The translations under genes and the position numbers were made by a program. A stretch of DNA of 64,000 nucleotides. It comes from an uncultured Candidatus Saccharibacteria bacterium. GTDB lineage: Bacteria; Patescibacteriota; Minisyncoccia; Portnoybacterales; UBA2143. The DNA lies in NCBI GenBank assembly GCA_964629675.1, contig CAZVUG010000016.1, positions 43-64,042 of the forward strand. The letters are read 5' to 3'. Under the pieces are notes generated by a model. The model ran no database searches. It was not told the origin of the DNA and saw nothing but the letters and a program-made list of their open reading frames with translations. Below are positions 1 to 10,170 of the stretch, piece by piece (position 1 is the first letter of the stretch; each line of letters opens with the position of its first letter).

Positions 1-106
1 CTATACAATATTTTAAAAAATGTGTAAAAAAATCATTATCAAAATTAGACTAAATCATAAAACTGTGTTAAAATTATATTTAATCTAAAATGATTATTCC
101 TACTAT

Positions 107-1255
107 ATGAATATTATCATAGCTACTACTTTATACCCTCCAGAAATAGAAAATTTAGCAATTTACACTAAAGAGCTTAGCCAAAAATTAAAAAATGAAC
201 ATAACATTTCCGTCATTGCCTATTCTAATATGGCCGAAGATATTCCTGGGGCAAGAATTATAACAGTCAGCAAAATGCTGCCGATTCCTTTAAGGATATT
301 AAAATATTCAATTACTCTCCTAAAGACAGCTCGCCAGGCTGATCTTATTTATGTGCAAAATGCTGTTGCTGCCGGCTTGCCAGCAATTATAGCCCAAAGC
401 TTATTAAAAATTCCGGTTATTCTTAATTTTGCCGAGGATGAATCTTGGAAAAATGCCCGAAGATTAAATTTAACCGATAATGATCTGCCGGATTTTCTTA
501 AAAAACCTAGAGGAAATTTAAAAATTCGCTTAATATCATTTATCCAAAAATTTGTTTTAAAAAGAGCTAAGATAATAACGGTTCCCTCTCAAAAATTTGC
601 TGAAATAATTACTGATTCATATCATTTGCCAAAAAACAGAATTTTTGTTAATTATAGTCCGCCAAAAAAAGAAATAATTATTCCCTTTTCCAGCCAATTC
701 AAGAAACATCAAATAGTAACTATTGCTCCTTTAAATAGGTGGAGTGGCTTAACTGAAATTATTCAGTCAATCAATCTCTTGGCAAAGAAATTTGATAATC
801 TGCACTTGGTCATTATTGGCGAAGGGCCGGAAGAAAACAATTTAAAAGAATTAGTTAACAAATTAAAGTTAGATGATAAGATAATTTTTCTTGGCTATGC
901 CTCATTAGCTGAAGCTTGGCATATTTGCAAATCATCTGATGTTTATCTTTTGAATTCTTCTAGTGAATATTATCCTGATTTAATCCAAAAAGGATTTGCA
1001 GCTGGCATTCCTGTTGTTGCTCCTGATAAGGCTTGTTTTAATGAAATAATAAAGGACAAAGATTCTGGCCTTTTATTTAAGCCAGATGACCAAAACAGTA
1101 TTGTTGAAGCAATATCTTTTTTACTTACTCATCAGGATTTTAGAAAAAAAATTATCCAAAAGGCGCAAGAATCATTAGTCAAAGATTTTTCCTGGTCAGC
1201 GCATATCAAAAAATTAAACTATCTTTTTAATTTAGCTACAACAAGCAAAAAATAA
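107..1255 (+). CDS. Group-1 (GT4-like, GT-B fold) glycosyltransferase
   Basis: 382-aa ORF. The C-terminal half (LLNSSSEYYPDLIQKGFAAGIPVVAP...SGLLF) resembles the donor-binding half of Glycos_transf_1 proteins. Only a 1-nt gap separates it from the next gene. Confidence 0.75.
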   Translation: MNIIIATTLYPPEIENLAIYTKELSQKLKNEHNISVIAYSNMAEDIPGARIITVSKMLPIPLRILKYSITLLKTARQADLIYVQNAVAAGLPAIIAQSLLKIPVILNFAEDESWKNARRLNLTDNDLPDFLKKPRGNLKIRLISFIQKFVLKRAKIITVPSQKFAEIITDSYHLPKNRIFVNYSPPKKEIIIPFSSQFKKHQIVTIAPLNRWSGLTEIIQSINLLAKKFDNLHLVIIGEGPEENNLKELVNKLKLDDKIIFLGYASLAEAWHICKSSDVYLLNSSSEYYPDLIQKGFAAGIPVVAPDKACFNEIIKDKDSGLLFKPDDQNSIVEAISFLLTHQDFRKKIIQKAQESLVKDFSWSAHIKKLNYLFNLATTSKK

Positions 1256-1256
1256 G

Positions 1257-2366
1257 ATGAATCTGATTACAAATAAGGCTCAGCAAGAGTGGGAACAATA
1301 TAAAAAGGAAGAACTTAATAAAATGCTGCCGATTATCGAAAAGCTTGGTTTTAAGCTCTGCCAAAAGCAAGTCCATATAAGCGGAGAAAGATATTTAATG
1401 AGCGGGCCTAAGCTTGTTTTAAATGGTTTTTCCGAGCAGACACATGAACATGTTATTATTAAAGCAAGCAGCCAAGCAAAAGGAATGCAAGAGATTGAGC
1501 ACGAAAGGAAATGCCGAGTTACTCTGCAGCAAAAAATAGACTTTGCCTACAGAACCTTCTTTTCGCCAACAGAAATTTTATTTATAAAAAAAAGAGATTA
1601 CCTTATCTTTATCACCTCTTATATTGAACAAAAAAAATCATTTACTGATCATTCTCTTAGTGATCAGTTTTTTATTGCTTTGCGCGCTTTTGAAACTCAG
1701 GAAGGTGTTCATGCTACAGCTTATTCTCACGACAAAATTATTCATAATGTTTTTGGCATTTTTACGCCGCAAAATTATATTGATTCCTTTAAGAAATTCA
1801 GAGAAGTCGCTATAAATAATGATTATCAGAATAATTACTTATCTTCTGTTTTAGATAAATCGCTTAATTTCTTTATTGCTAACAAAAAGACAATTGAGCT
1901 TTACGCTAATTTTCTTACTCATGCTGATTTTGTTCCGCATAATTTTTGCCTTGTTGGCCGAAATATCTACTTGCTTGATCATTCGTCTGTTTATTTCGGC
2001 AATAAATATGAAAGCTGGGCCCGCTTTCTCAATTATATGATTATTTACAATCTTAAACTGCAGTCAATTTTAGCTGACTATGTCAGGCAAAACCGAGCTC
2101 CAGAAGAATATCTTTCTTTAAGGCTGATGCGCTTATATAAAATAGGGTTCCTTTTGCAATATTATGCAGGAACCCTTAGAAAAACAGCTGGTAATCTTTA
2201 TAATTTAAATAAAGAAAGGATATCTTTTTGGACTAATATTCTTGAATTAATTCTCGCCGATAAAAAAATAAATGAAGATATTGTTGAAGAATACTGCCAT
2301 AAACGCGATTCTCTCCGCAGTCCGGAAGAAAAAGAAAGACAGAAAGAGCTTAAGCAAATTTCTTAA
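1257..2366 (+). CDS. Kinase-like (APH/choline-kinase fold) phosphotransferase, substrate unknown
   Basis: Catalytic-loop-like HADFVPHNF followed by YLLDHSS (metal-binding Asp), as in aminoglycoside, choline and sugar kinases. Sits inside a glycosyltransferase cluster. Confidence 0.5.
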   Translation: MNLITNKAQQEWEQYKKEELNKMLPIIEKLGFKLCQKQVHISGERYLMSGPKLVLNGFSEQTHEHVIIKASSQAKGMQEIEHERKCRVTLQQKIDFAYRTFFSPTEILFIKKRDYLIFITSYIEQKKSFTDHSLSDQFFIALRAFETQEGVHATAYSHDKIIHNVFGIFTPQNYIDSFKKFREVAINNDYQNNYLSSVLDKSLNFFIANKKTIELYANFLTHADFVPHNFCLVGRNIYLLDHSSVYFGNKYESWARFLNYMIIYNLKLQSILADYVRQNRAPEEYLSLRLMRLYKIGFLLQYYAGTLRKTAGNLYNLNKERISFWTNILELILADKKINEDIVEEYCHKRDSLRSPEEKERQKELKQIS

Positions 2367-2369
2367 AAA

Positions 2370-3143
2370 TTAAATAATTTCTAAAATTGATTTCAATATT
2401 TTCTTATTATTCGCTGTAAATATTTTTTTCGGCTCAGATGAAAAATCAAGAGGAACGCCTTTATTGCCGACAGCTAAGCCTCCGGCCTCGATTAAAATGC
2501 CAATAGCTGGAGCAATATCAAGAGTTGAAAGGGTTCCGTAAATATTAGCTTCAATCCTTCCGCAGGCAACAAAACAAATATCAAGGGAAGAACAAGCAAA
2601 ATTATTTGTTTTGCAAGCTTTGCCTAAAAGTTTTTGATAAGATCTGCCTCCCCATTCTTGCAATTCTTTCTTCCGGCCAGCATGAAAAAAAACATGCGCT
2701 TGAGATAAATTAGATATTTTCGAAACGCAAATTGGTTTATTATTCAGAAAGGCTCCTTGGCCTTTTTTAAAACTGAACAATTCTTTAGTAAGCGGATTAT
2801 AGACTGCTCCAGTAAAAGGTTCTCCAGATTTAAGCAAGCCAAAGCAAATAGCAAAATGAGGAATGCCTCGGGAGAAATTAGCTGAGCCGTCTATTGGATC
2901 AATAACCCATTTGAATTTATCCGCTTCTTTAATAATGCCTTCTTCTTCTGAATAAATCCCGTGATTAGGAAAAGATTTTTTAATTTCTTTATTTAAAAAA
3001 TCATTCACTTTTAAATCAGCGCTTGTTGTTATGTCGCGTAAATCTTTACTTTTCTTTATTCTCTTAAAACCTTTTTCTTGCTCTGTTAAAAGAATTTCTC
3101 CAGCTTCTTTTATTTTTTCAATAACAAAATCGTAAGGAGTCAT
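2370..3143 (-). CDS. Inositol monophosphatase family (SuhB/IMPase-like) phosphatase
   Basis: Signature motifs SEEEG and WVIDPIDGSANF, plus the C-terminal WDIAP-like LDIAPAIGILIEAGG. Confidence 0.85.
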   Translation of the reverse strand: MTPYDFVIEKIKEAGEILLTEQEKGFKRIKKSKDLRDITTSADLKVNDFLNKEIKKSFPNHGIYSEEEGIIKEADKFKWVIDPIDGSANFSRGIPHFAICFGLLKSGEPFTGAVYNPLTKELFSFKKGQGAFLNNKPICVSKISNLSQAHVFFHAGRKKELQEWGGRSYQKLLGKACKTNNFACSSLDICFVACGRIEANIYGTLSTLDIAPAIGILIEAGGLAVGNKGVPLDFSSEPKKIFTANNKKILKSILEII

Positions 3144-3158
3144 TATAATTTAATTAGA

Positions 3159-4367
3159 TTAATTATTTAAGCGAGCAAAAATTTTCTTTTGCATCTCTTC
3201 AGCAATTTTATCCCAATTATATTTTTCAAATGCTAAATGGCGAGCGGTTTGAGTAATTTTCTTAACTTCTTCCGGATGAGATATAATATATTTTACTGCA
3301 TTTGCTATTTGTTCTGGATTATTTTTATCTACCACCCAGCCAGTCGTCGGCTTATCTGGGTTTTTTTGAGCATCAAAAAGAAATTCTTTTATTCCTCCTT
3401 CATGAGTGCCAATCACAGGAAGATTAGCTGCCATAGCTGAAATAAAAGAAATGCCTAATCCTTCTGAACGGCTAGGGCGAACAAATATATCAGATATCCT
3501 TCTATACTTTGGCGTTTCTGTCCGATCAACTTGACCAATAAATTTAACTCTTTGCTCTACTTTTAATTTAGAGGCTAAATTTCTAAGATTTTGCTCTTCC
3601 GGACCTCCGCCGACTACGAGAAAATAAACAAAAGGAGGTAAAAAAGTTAGCGCTTTAATAACATCATCAACAGCATTTTTGTCAACAAGCCTTGATGTAG
3701 TGACAAGATAAAGATCCCCTTCTTGTTTGCCGACTTTTTTCTTTAATTCCGCTAATTCTTCTTCGCTGTAAATATCTTTAAAATCTCTTTCATTAGCTCC
3801 ATTATAAATAATTTCTAAGGGTCCTCGAAAACCGCGTTTTCTTGCCCACTGGCTTAAATATCCCGAAATAGCTTGAATTACATCCGCTTTAGTAAAAGCT
3901 CTAGTAAATAAAGGCCAAAGCGGCCGGACAGTCCGTTCAATACTTTTAATAGGATCTCCTTCCTGCAATGTCAAAATATAAAAAATGCGCGGGTAGAATA
4001 TTTTAAAGATAGCTGCCGGAACTCCGCAAGAATGGGCCATCATTGCCCAAATCCCCTGGTATTGATTATGACGGTGAAGCTTAATTGCTTTCCAAGCAGC
4101 CGAAAATTGAAAAAGATATTTATTAAGAGAAAGAGGAAATCTTTGCAAGTCTTCAATTGCCGGATTATTTTTACTAAAGCCAATTCGGTGCACAGTAACA
4201 TTGCCAATTTTTTCAACTTTAGGCAAACTTGCGTCAAAACGAAGGGTAATCATATGAAATTCATAATCATTCGGATTAATTCTATCAGTAACTTCTTTAA
4301 TGGACACTTCGGCGCCACCAATAAATTTTGGATAATAAACAAGTGAAAAAATTAAGATTTTCTTCAT
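3159..4367 (-). CDS. Group-1 (GT4-like) glycosyltransferase
   Basis: 402 aa. N-terminal GGAEV motif (YYPKFIGGAEV) and C-terminal RPSRSEGLGISFISAMAANLPVIGT...G, typical of GT4 enzymes. Confidence 0.8.
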   Translation of the reverse strand: MKKILIFSLVYYPKFIGGAEVSIKEVTDRINPNDYEFHMITLRFDASLPKVEKIGNVTVHRIGFSKNNPAIEDLQRFPLSLNKYLFQFSAAWKAIKLHRHNQYQGIWAMMAHSCGVPAAIFKIFYPRIFYILTLQEGDPIKSIERTVRPLWPLFTRAFTKADVIQAISGYLSQWARKRGFRGPLEIIYNGANERDFKDIYSEEELAELKKKVGKQEGDLYLVTTSRLVDKNAVDDVIKALTFLPPFVYFLVVGGGPEEQNLRNLASKLKVEQRVKFIGQVDRTETPKYRRISDIFVRPSRSEGLGISFISAMAANLPVIGTHEGGIKEFLFDAQKNPDKPTTGWVVDKNNPEQIANAVKYIISHPEEVKKITQTARHLAFEKYNWDKIAEEMQKKIFARLNN

Positions 4368-4375
4368 AAATTTTA

Positions 4376-5263
4376 TTACTTTTTTTGATTTGCTGATAAA
4401 AAATTATCTATATATTCTTTCAATGATTCTTTTTCTTGCCAGCCCAATTTTTCCATTTTAGCTACATTATAATTTGGTGATGGCCGGCTAGTTGTCCGCG
4501 CTGGCAGCATTTTTATCTTATAATTAAAAAGTTTAGCTACTTCTAAAGTAGAATAGCTTTTTTTAGAACTAATTATATAACCGTCGCCTTTTCCTTTTTG
4601 GCCGACCAAAATTAATCCTCTGACAGTATCATCAACATGAGTATAATTTCTTTGCTGATTACCTGGTTTTCTAGCTGTTAGCGGTTCGCTTTTAAGATAT
4701 TGCTGCTTAAAAATTTCTACGACTGTACCGTATTCACCAGCTAATTCACGCGGGCCGTAAACATTAGAAAAATATGCAATAGCATAGGAAAGCCCATACC
4801 ATTTACCATAATTTTTAACTAGTTCTGTATTGACAGCTTTTGCCCAGGTATAAGGAGATAAATCTTTTCCGGCAATACCATCTAAACGAGCTTTAGCATA
4901 TTTTGTTGATGATCCGACATAAACAAGCTTACATTTATGCTTAAGGCAGAATTCAGTCACTGCTAAAGTGCCCAAGATATTCAAATCCCAGACAATTGCC
5001 GGCTCCTCAATACTTTTAGCCACTCGGGAATATTCACCTAGGTGATAGATTATTTCTGGAGTCTCTTTGATATAATTTTCTATATCTTTAGTATGCCCGC
5101 GGCGATAATCTACTCCAGGAAGATGATTTTTTTCTGATCCAGTAAAATAATTATCAAGAGAAATTAATCTATTTCCTTTTTTTAATAATTTCTCGCATAA
5201 ATGCGAACCAATAAAACCAGCTCCGCCAGTTACTAAAATAGTTTTTTTCTTTTTCTTTAGCAT
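4376..5263 (-). CDS. NAD-dependent nucleotide-sugar epimerase/dehydratase (extended SDR)
   Basis: N-terminal Rossmann motif VTGGAGFIGSHL and a catalytic YxxxK-type region (SPYTWAK). Confidence 0.8.
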   Translation of the reverse strand: MLKKKKKTILVTGGAGFIGSHLCEKLLKKGNRLISLDNYFTGSEKNHLPGVDYRRGHTKDIENYIKETPEIIYHLGEYSRVAKSIEEPAIVWDLNILGTLAVTEFCLKHKCKLVYVGSSTKYAKARLDGIAGKDLSPYTWAKAVNTELVKNYGKWYGLSYAIAYFSNVYGPRELAGEYGTVVEIFKQQYLKSEPLTARKPGNQQRNYTHVDDTVRGLILVGQKGKGDGYIISSKKSYSTLEVAKLFNYKIKMLPARTTSRPSPNYNVAKMEKLGWQEKESLKEYIDNFLSANQKK

Positions 5264-5364
5264 ATTATTAATTAATTTCTACAATCTTAAATTCTAAAAT
5301 ATTAAATTAATTAGAGTATTTTAATTAATATAATAGAAGAAGCAAAAGGTCAATAAATATTAGA

Positions 5365-8007
5365 TTAAGCTTGATGCCGGCTGATAAAATAATATTTAGT
5401 TAACTCAATTAAACCAACATTTAAAATGCCTAAGCTTAAGATTAAGCTCCAATCAAATAAATTTAAAGATCTTAAAGAAAGGATTGACTGAAGAGGTGGA
5501 AAATAAAGAGCTCCCAAAAGCATTATTATGCCAAACAGCCATGAACCAATTAAAAATTTATTAGAGAAAAGATTAGTATGCCAGATGTTCTTTCTTAAAC
5601 TCTGACAAGAAAAAATATAAAAAATTGAATCAATTGTTAAACTGGCAAAAATAACTGAGCGAATATGAATAATTTGATATCCAGAATATTTTATTAGCCA
5701 AAAAAATAATCCTAATAACAAAAAGTCTGTAATTAAGCCAATGACAAAAATTAAGACTTTCATTTCTCTGTTTAATAAATAAACATTATAGTTTTCTGGG
5801 CGTTGTTTGATAACGTCTTTTTCTTTTTTTTGGAAAGCTAGAGAAATTCCTAATGGACCGTCTTCAATTAAATTAACCCACAAAATTTGTGTAGCTAGAA
5901 CTGGCAAAGGCAAACCCAAAAATAAACTGACACCGATTAAAACTACTTCCGTAAAACTATCCGAAAGCAAATAAGTAATTACTTTCCTAATATTATCAAT
6001 AATAGCCCTTCCTTCCTGAATAGCTGTAACAATTACATTAAAATTATCATTCAGAAGAATTATGTCTGAGACTTCTTTGGCTACGTCAGTTCCTGAGTTT
6101 AAGGCTACGCCAATATCTGCCTGCCTTAAAGCTGGCGCATCATTAATACCATCTCCAGTCATTGCTACTATTTTGCCCTTTTTCTGCCAGCCTTGGATAA
6201 TTCTTGATTTTTGCGAAGGCTCTACTCGAGCATAAAGATGAATCTTATCTATTATTTTATCAAATTCTTTGTCTGATATTTGATCTAATTTTTTCCCTTC
6301 CAGAATATTTTCTGGTTTTGTCTTAAAACCTAATTCTTTAGCAATTTCTTGGGCAGTTAATTTATGATCGCCAGTTACGATAATTGGCCTAATTCCCCCT
6401 TGGCGGCAAATTCTCATAACTTTTTTGGCATTTTTTCTGATTGGATCATGTAGAGCAAATAAGCCTACTAAGGTTAATTCATTTACTAAATTATTAATAG
6501 GCGATTTTTCTTCTTTAGAAATTTTACGGTAAGCTACGGCAACAACTCTTTTTCCTTTTTTGGTTAAATTATTAATTTTTTCATTTATTTTTTTCAGATC
6601 TTTTAAAAGAATTTTTTCTTCTTGGCCATTATTTTCTAAATAAACAGATGACGACAAAGTTTTTTCCGGAGAGCCAACTATGTATAAGATATTATTCTTC
6701 GAGTCAAATTGATGGATAGAAGCACTGAATTTATAGATAGGATCAAATAAAAATTGATCAATTTTTGGCTGTTCTTTTTCTAGTTTTTGTTGGGAAAGCC
6801 CAGACTTAATTCCAGCAACCAGCAAAGCTTTTTCCGTAGCTCTTCCTCTGACGGTCCATTTTTCCGGTGGCTCCTGAAAGTTTTCAATAAAGGCTTCCGT
6901 AGCCATCATCCCTATTTTTAAAGCTAACTTTTTACTACCATTCTCTGATTGAGAATTATTTAGCAAAGCTTTTTTACCAGCAAAAATATCACTAACTGTC
7001 ATTTTTGCTTTTGTTAAAGTACCCGTTTTGTCAGTTAAGATTATTGAAGCGCTTCCTAAAGTTTCTGCTGAAGCAAGTCTTCTGACTAAACCTTTCTTTT
7101 TTAAAATTCTTTGCATGCCTAAAGCTAAAATAACTGTCATTGCTACTGGCAATCCCTCTGGAATAGCCGCTACAGCAACAGCCACAGAAGTCGTAAACAT
7201 CTTAATAAAATCTTTCCCACTTAAAATTCCTTCAAAAAAAATAGCCAAACAAATAATCGAAATAACAATACCAACAATTTTGCTAAAACGGAATAATTTT
7301 TTCTGGTAAGGCGTTTTGTTTTCTTTCTTTTCTTTAACCATTTCTGCTACTTGGCCAATTTCTGCTTTGATTCCAGTTTTAATAACAATAGCTTTTCCCC
7401 AACCATTATCAACAATAGTCCCCATATAGACCATATTATCACGATCGGCCAAAGGAGTTCTTTTGGCCAAAATATTATTATGTTTATTAGATGACAGCCA
7501 TTCGCCAGTTAAAGCAGATTCGTTAATTTTTAGATTATGGCTTTCAATAATTCGACTGTCTGCTGGAACTCTATTCCCCGCTCGCAAAAAAATAACATCT
7601 CCTCTGACTAAATATTTTTGATTTACTTCTTCTTGGTTTCCATCTCGAAAGACTAATGCTTTTATCTCTAGAATTTTCTTAAGCTTTTCTAGCACTTGGT
7701 TAGCCTTATTCTCTTGAAGATAACCAACAACAGTATTTAAAAAAACAGCGCCAAAAATAACTATTGCTTCAGCGCTTTCTTTTAGAATCAAGGTAATAAT
7801 TCCGGCTATTAGCAGAATATATACCAAAGGGCTTTTAAATTGTTCTAAAAAAACTCTTAATTTGGAAAAAGTTTTTCCGCTTGGCAATTCATTAAAACCA
7901 AATTTATTTAATCTTTTTTTAGCTTCCTCCTTAGTTAATCCTTCAGCCCGTGAATTTAATTCTTTATATATTCTTTGTAGAGAAAAAGTATGCCAATTAT
8001 TTTTCAT
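5365..8007 (-). CDS. Cation-transporting P-type ATPase (P2-type, Ca2+-ATPase-like)
   Basis: 880 aa. Motifs: TGEW (TGES-like), PEGLPVAMTVILALG, phosphorylation site DKTGTLT, hinge TGDGINDAPAL. Ten predicted TM segments. Confidence 0.9.
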   Translation of the reverse strand: MKNNWHTFSLQRIYKELNSRAEGLTKEEAKKRLNKFGFNELPSGKTFSKLRVFLEQFKSPLVYILLIAGIITLILKESAEAIVIFGAVFLNTVVGYLQENKANQVLEKLKKILEIKALVFRDGNQEEVNQKYLVRGDVIFLRAGNRVPADSRIIESHNLKINESALTGEWLSSNKHNNILAKRTPLADRDNMVYMGTIVDNGWGKAIVIKTGIKAEIGQVAEMVKEKKENKTPYQKKLFRFSKIVGIVISIICLAIFFEGILSGKDFIKMFTTSVAVAVAAIPEGLPVAMTVILALGMQRILKKKGLVRRLASAETLGSASIILTDKTGTLTKAKMTVSDIFAGKKALLNNSQSENGSKKLALKIGMMATEAFIENFQEPPEKWTVRGRATEKALLVAGIKSGLSQQKLEKEQPKIDQFLFDPIYKFSASIHQFDSKNNILYIVGSPEKTLSSSVYLENNGQEEKILLKDLKKINEKINNLTKKGKRVVAVAYRKISKEEKSPINNLVNELTLVGLFALHDPIRKNAKKVMRICRQGGIRPIIVTGDHKLTAQEIAKELGFKTKPENILEGKKLDQISDKEFDKIIDKIHLYARVEPSQKSRIIQGWQKKGKIVAMTGDGINDAPALRQADIGVALNSGTDVAKEVSDIILLNDNFNVIVTAIQEGRAIIDNIRKVITYLLSDSFTEVVLIGVSLFLGLPLPVLATQILWVNLIEDGPLGISLAFQKKEKDVIKQRPENYNVYLLNREMKVLIFVIGLITDFLLLGLFFWLIKYSGYQIIHIRSVIFASLTIDSIFYIFSCQSLRKNIWHTNLFSNKFLIGSWLFGIIMLLGALYFPPLQSILSLRSLNLFDWSLILSLGILNVGLIELTKYYFISRHQA

Positions 8008-8031
8008 AATTTCATTATATCATATCCATAC

Positions 8032-8793
8032 TCAAAACAAAAAGTTATTTTTTCTGCTTTTTACTAAATAAAAAACGGCTAAAATTAAGAGGACAAGTAA
8101 ACTTATCCATTGGCTAATAGTTAGTCCATAATAATGAGGATCAGATAATTGAGTATTAGTTGATCTAGTAAAATCTAAAAGAAAACGAGATAAAGGATAC
8201 CACCAAATAAATAAACGAAATTTCCCTAAGCGATTAATTTTATCTCCGCCGTATTTTAAAATTAAAAATAGCAAAAGGCCATTCAAAGATAAGTATTCTG
8301 CAACAGGATGCCTTAGGCTGCCATCAGGCCACTCAATTGCCCAAGGTAAACTAGTAATAGCTCCTTGGTGATCATTAATTAAAGAACAGCCAATTCTAGC
8401 AATAAAGATTCCTAAAGCAAGAGAAGGAGCAATAATATTGGCAATTTGGGAAAAATTTAAATGCGCTTTTTTAATATAAAATGTGCCAGCAGCCAAAGCG
8501 CCGAAAAATCCTCCATAAATCATTAGCCCGCCTGACCAAAATTGGAAAATTTCCCAAGGGTGGTAAAAATAATACGAAGGAAATTGCATAGCATAAGCTA
8601 AACGAGAGCCAAAAATACCTCCGCAGATAACAAAAAGAGTCAGCCAGAATATTTTAATTTCTTTAATTGATTGTTTTTTAGCTTCTCTTAAAATTAAGTA
8701 ATAACCAATTAAAAAAGCTAACGCCAGAAGCGTTCCCCAGGTATAAAACGATAATGGTCCTATTTGTATCTGAGGATAAGAAAAATAAGGCAT
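8032..8793 (-). CDS. lgt: Prolipoprotein diacylglyceryl transferase
   Basis: 253-aa polytopic membrane protein with Lgt-like blocks (YGGFFGALAAG, ARIGCSLINDHQG). TGA stop. Confidence 0.8.
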   Translation of the reverse strand: MPYFSYPQIQIGPLSFYTWGTLLALAFLIGYYLILREAKKQSIKEIKIFWLTLFVICGGIFGSRLAYAMQFPSYYFYHPWEIFQFWSGGLMIYGGFFGALAAGTFYIKKAHLNFSQIANIIAPSLALGIFIARIGCSLINDHQGAITSLPWAIEWPDGSLRHPVAEYLSLNGLLLFLILKYGGDKINRLGKFRLFIWWYPLSRFLLDFTRSTNTQLSDPHYYGLTISQWISLLVLLILAVFYLVKSRKNNFLF

Positions 8794-8795
8794 AA

Positions 8796-9737
8796 TTAAT
8801 ATTGATTTCTCAACTTTGGCGAATATTTAAACATTAATTCTTTAATTTTTTCCAAGCTTTCTTTTCCAATTTTCGGCTTTTCCTCAGCGACAGATTTAGC
8901 CATTGCCCGAGAAGGTTTTGTCCTAACAAGAATAGTCGGTCCAGGGAATTTTTTTGGCTCTACAATTAAATCTCCTTTTAAGCTTAATTTTTTAATTTTC
9001 TCATTTTCTTCTTCATTTCTGCCAACAATAATTTTATTATTTTCAACCCAAAAATGGCGGCCTAGCTTTAATAATTTAATTTCTTCTCCGCCAGAATCAG
9101 GCCATTTAGAAAAAAGTTCCCTTAAACGCTTTCCAAATTCTAAATCTGTTAATAGACAACCTCCAGCAGGATTTGGATAATCTTTAATCCTTAATTTTTT
9201 AGCCAAAGAGATTTGTTCTTTTCTGCTACGCCCCTTAAGAGAAAGCAATTTTTTTCTTTCAACTAATCCTTTTTTCTCTGGAATAGTTGGTTCTAATAAT
9301 TGAGCTGATAAAGGTCTTAAAAGATAGCCCTTTAAGCCTGATTTTTCTTCAGTTAATTTTAGAGCATTTTTATTCTGTGAAAGAGGCCTTTCGCCTAATA
9401 CTTCGCCAGTAGCTATAAAGTCAAAAAAATTCATCATTTTTTTAGCTTCCCGCAGCATTAGAATTCGGCAGTCAAGGCAAGGATTCATTGATTTCCCATA
9501 ACCATATTTAGGATTTTTAACAACAGCTAGGTGTTTATTAGATATATCAACTAACTTAATTTTGATTTTTAAATAATCAGCTGCTTTCTGAGCTAATTTA
9601 GCATTAAAAAAATAACTGACAAAACATATGCCAGTCACCTCGATCCCTTGTTTTAATAATAATTTAGCAGTCAAAATAGAATCTAGCCCACCAGATAAAA
9701 GTACGAGGGCCTTAATTTTTTTCTTTTTCTTTAACAT
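8796..9737 (-). CDS. PP-loop ATP pyrophosphatase (tRNA thiolase-like, ThiI/MnmA superfamily)
   Basis: N-terminal PP-loop LLSGGLDS, conserved Cys pair (NPCLDCR) and a C-terminal GGCLLTD motif. Confidence 0.6.
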   Translation of the reverse strand: MLKKKKKIKALVLLSGGLDSILTAKLLLKQGIEVTGICFVSYFFNAKLAQKAADYLKIKIKLVDISNKHLAVVKNPKYGYGKSMNPCLDCRILMLREAKKMMNFFDFIATGEVLGERPLSQNKNALKLTEEKSGLKGYLLRPLSAQLLEPTIPEKKGLVERKKLLSLKGRSRKEQISLAKKLRIKDYPNPAGGCLLTDLEFGKRLRELFSKWPDSGGEEIKLLKLGRHFWVENNKIIVGRNEEENEKIKKLSLKGDLIVEPKKFPGPTILVRTKPSRAMAKSVAEEKPKIGKESLEKIKELMFKYSPKLRNQY

Positions 9738-9746
9738 CTAAAAATA

Positions 9747-10013
9747 CTATTCTACTTTATAAACTTCATCACCTTCCCTTACTTGTTGATCTACTTTTAA
9801 GCCAATCATTTGTCCTTTTTTAGCTGATTCTACATTTTCATGCTCTATCTGCATCGAATCAACATTTTGTTCAAAATCACTGTTTACACCTCTAACATGT
9901 ATTTTATCGTTCACTTTTAATAAACCTTGATTAATTTTAATCACCGCTACGCCAATATTAGTAAAATAGTGGGTTACTTCACCAATTAGTTTTTCTTCTG
10001 CCATTTTTTTCAC
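9747..10013 (-). CDS. Small beta-barrel protein resembling EF-Tu domain II (translation elongation factor-like)
   Basis: 88 aa. Pattern GEVTHYFTNIGVAVIKI...GDKIHVRG...GQMIGLKV...GDEVYK resembles the EF-Tu domain-2 barrel. TAG stop. Confidence 0.45.
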   Translation of the reverse strand: MKKMAEEKLIGEVTHYFTNIGVAVIKINQGLLKVNDKIHVRGVNSDFEQNVDSMQIEHENVESAKKGQMIGLKVDQQVREGDEVYKVE

Positions 10014-10057
10014 CCCCTTTCAGTTAAATAAACTTGATTTTGAATCTGCTCAATTTG

Positions 10058-10129
10058 TAGCCCCACGGGGAGTCGAACCCCGGTTACCAGCTTGAGAAGC
10101 TGACGTCCTAACCACTAGACGATAGGGCC
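10058..10129 (-). tRNA. tRNA-Glu (anticodon CUC)
   Basis: The reverse complement folds as a cloverleaf: acceptor GGCCCUA/UGGGGCU, anticodon loop UUCUCAA, T-loop GGTTCGACTCC. CCA is not encoded. Confidence 0.9.
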
Positions 10130-10170
10130 TTTTCTTTTAATTTAACACAAAAACACCCTTTTTGTCTATA

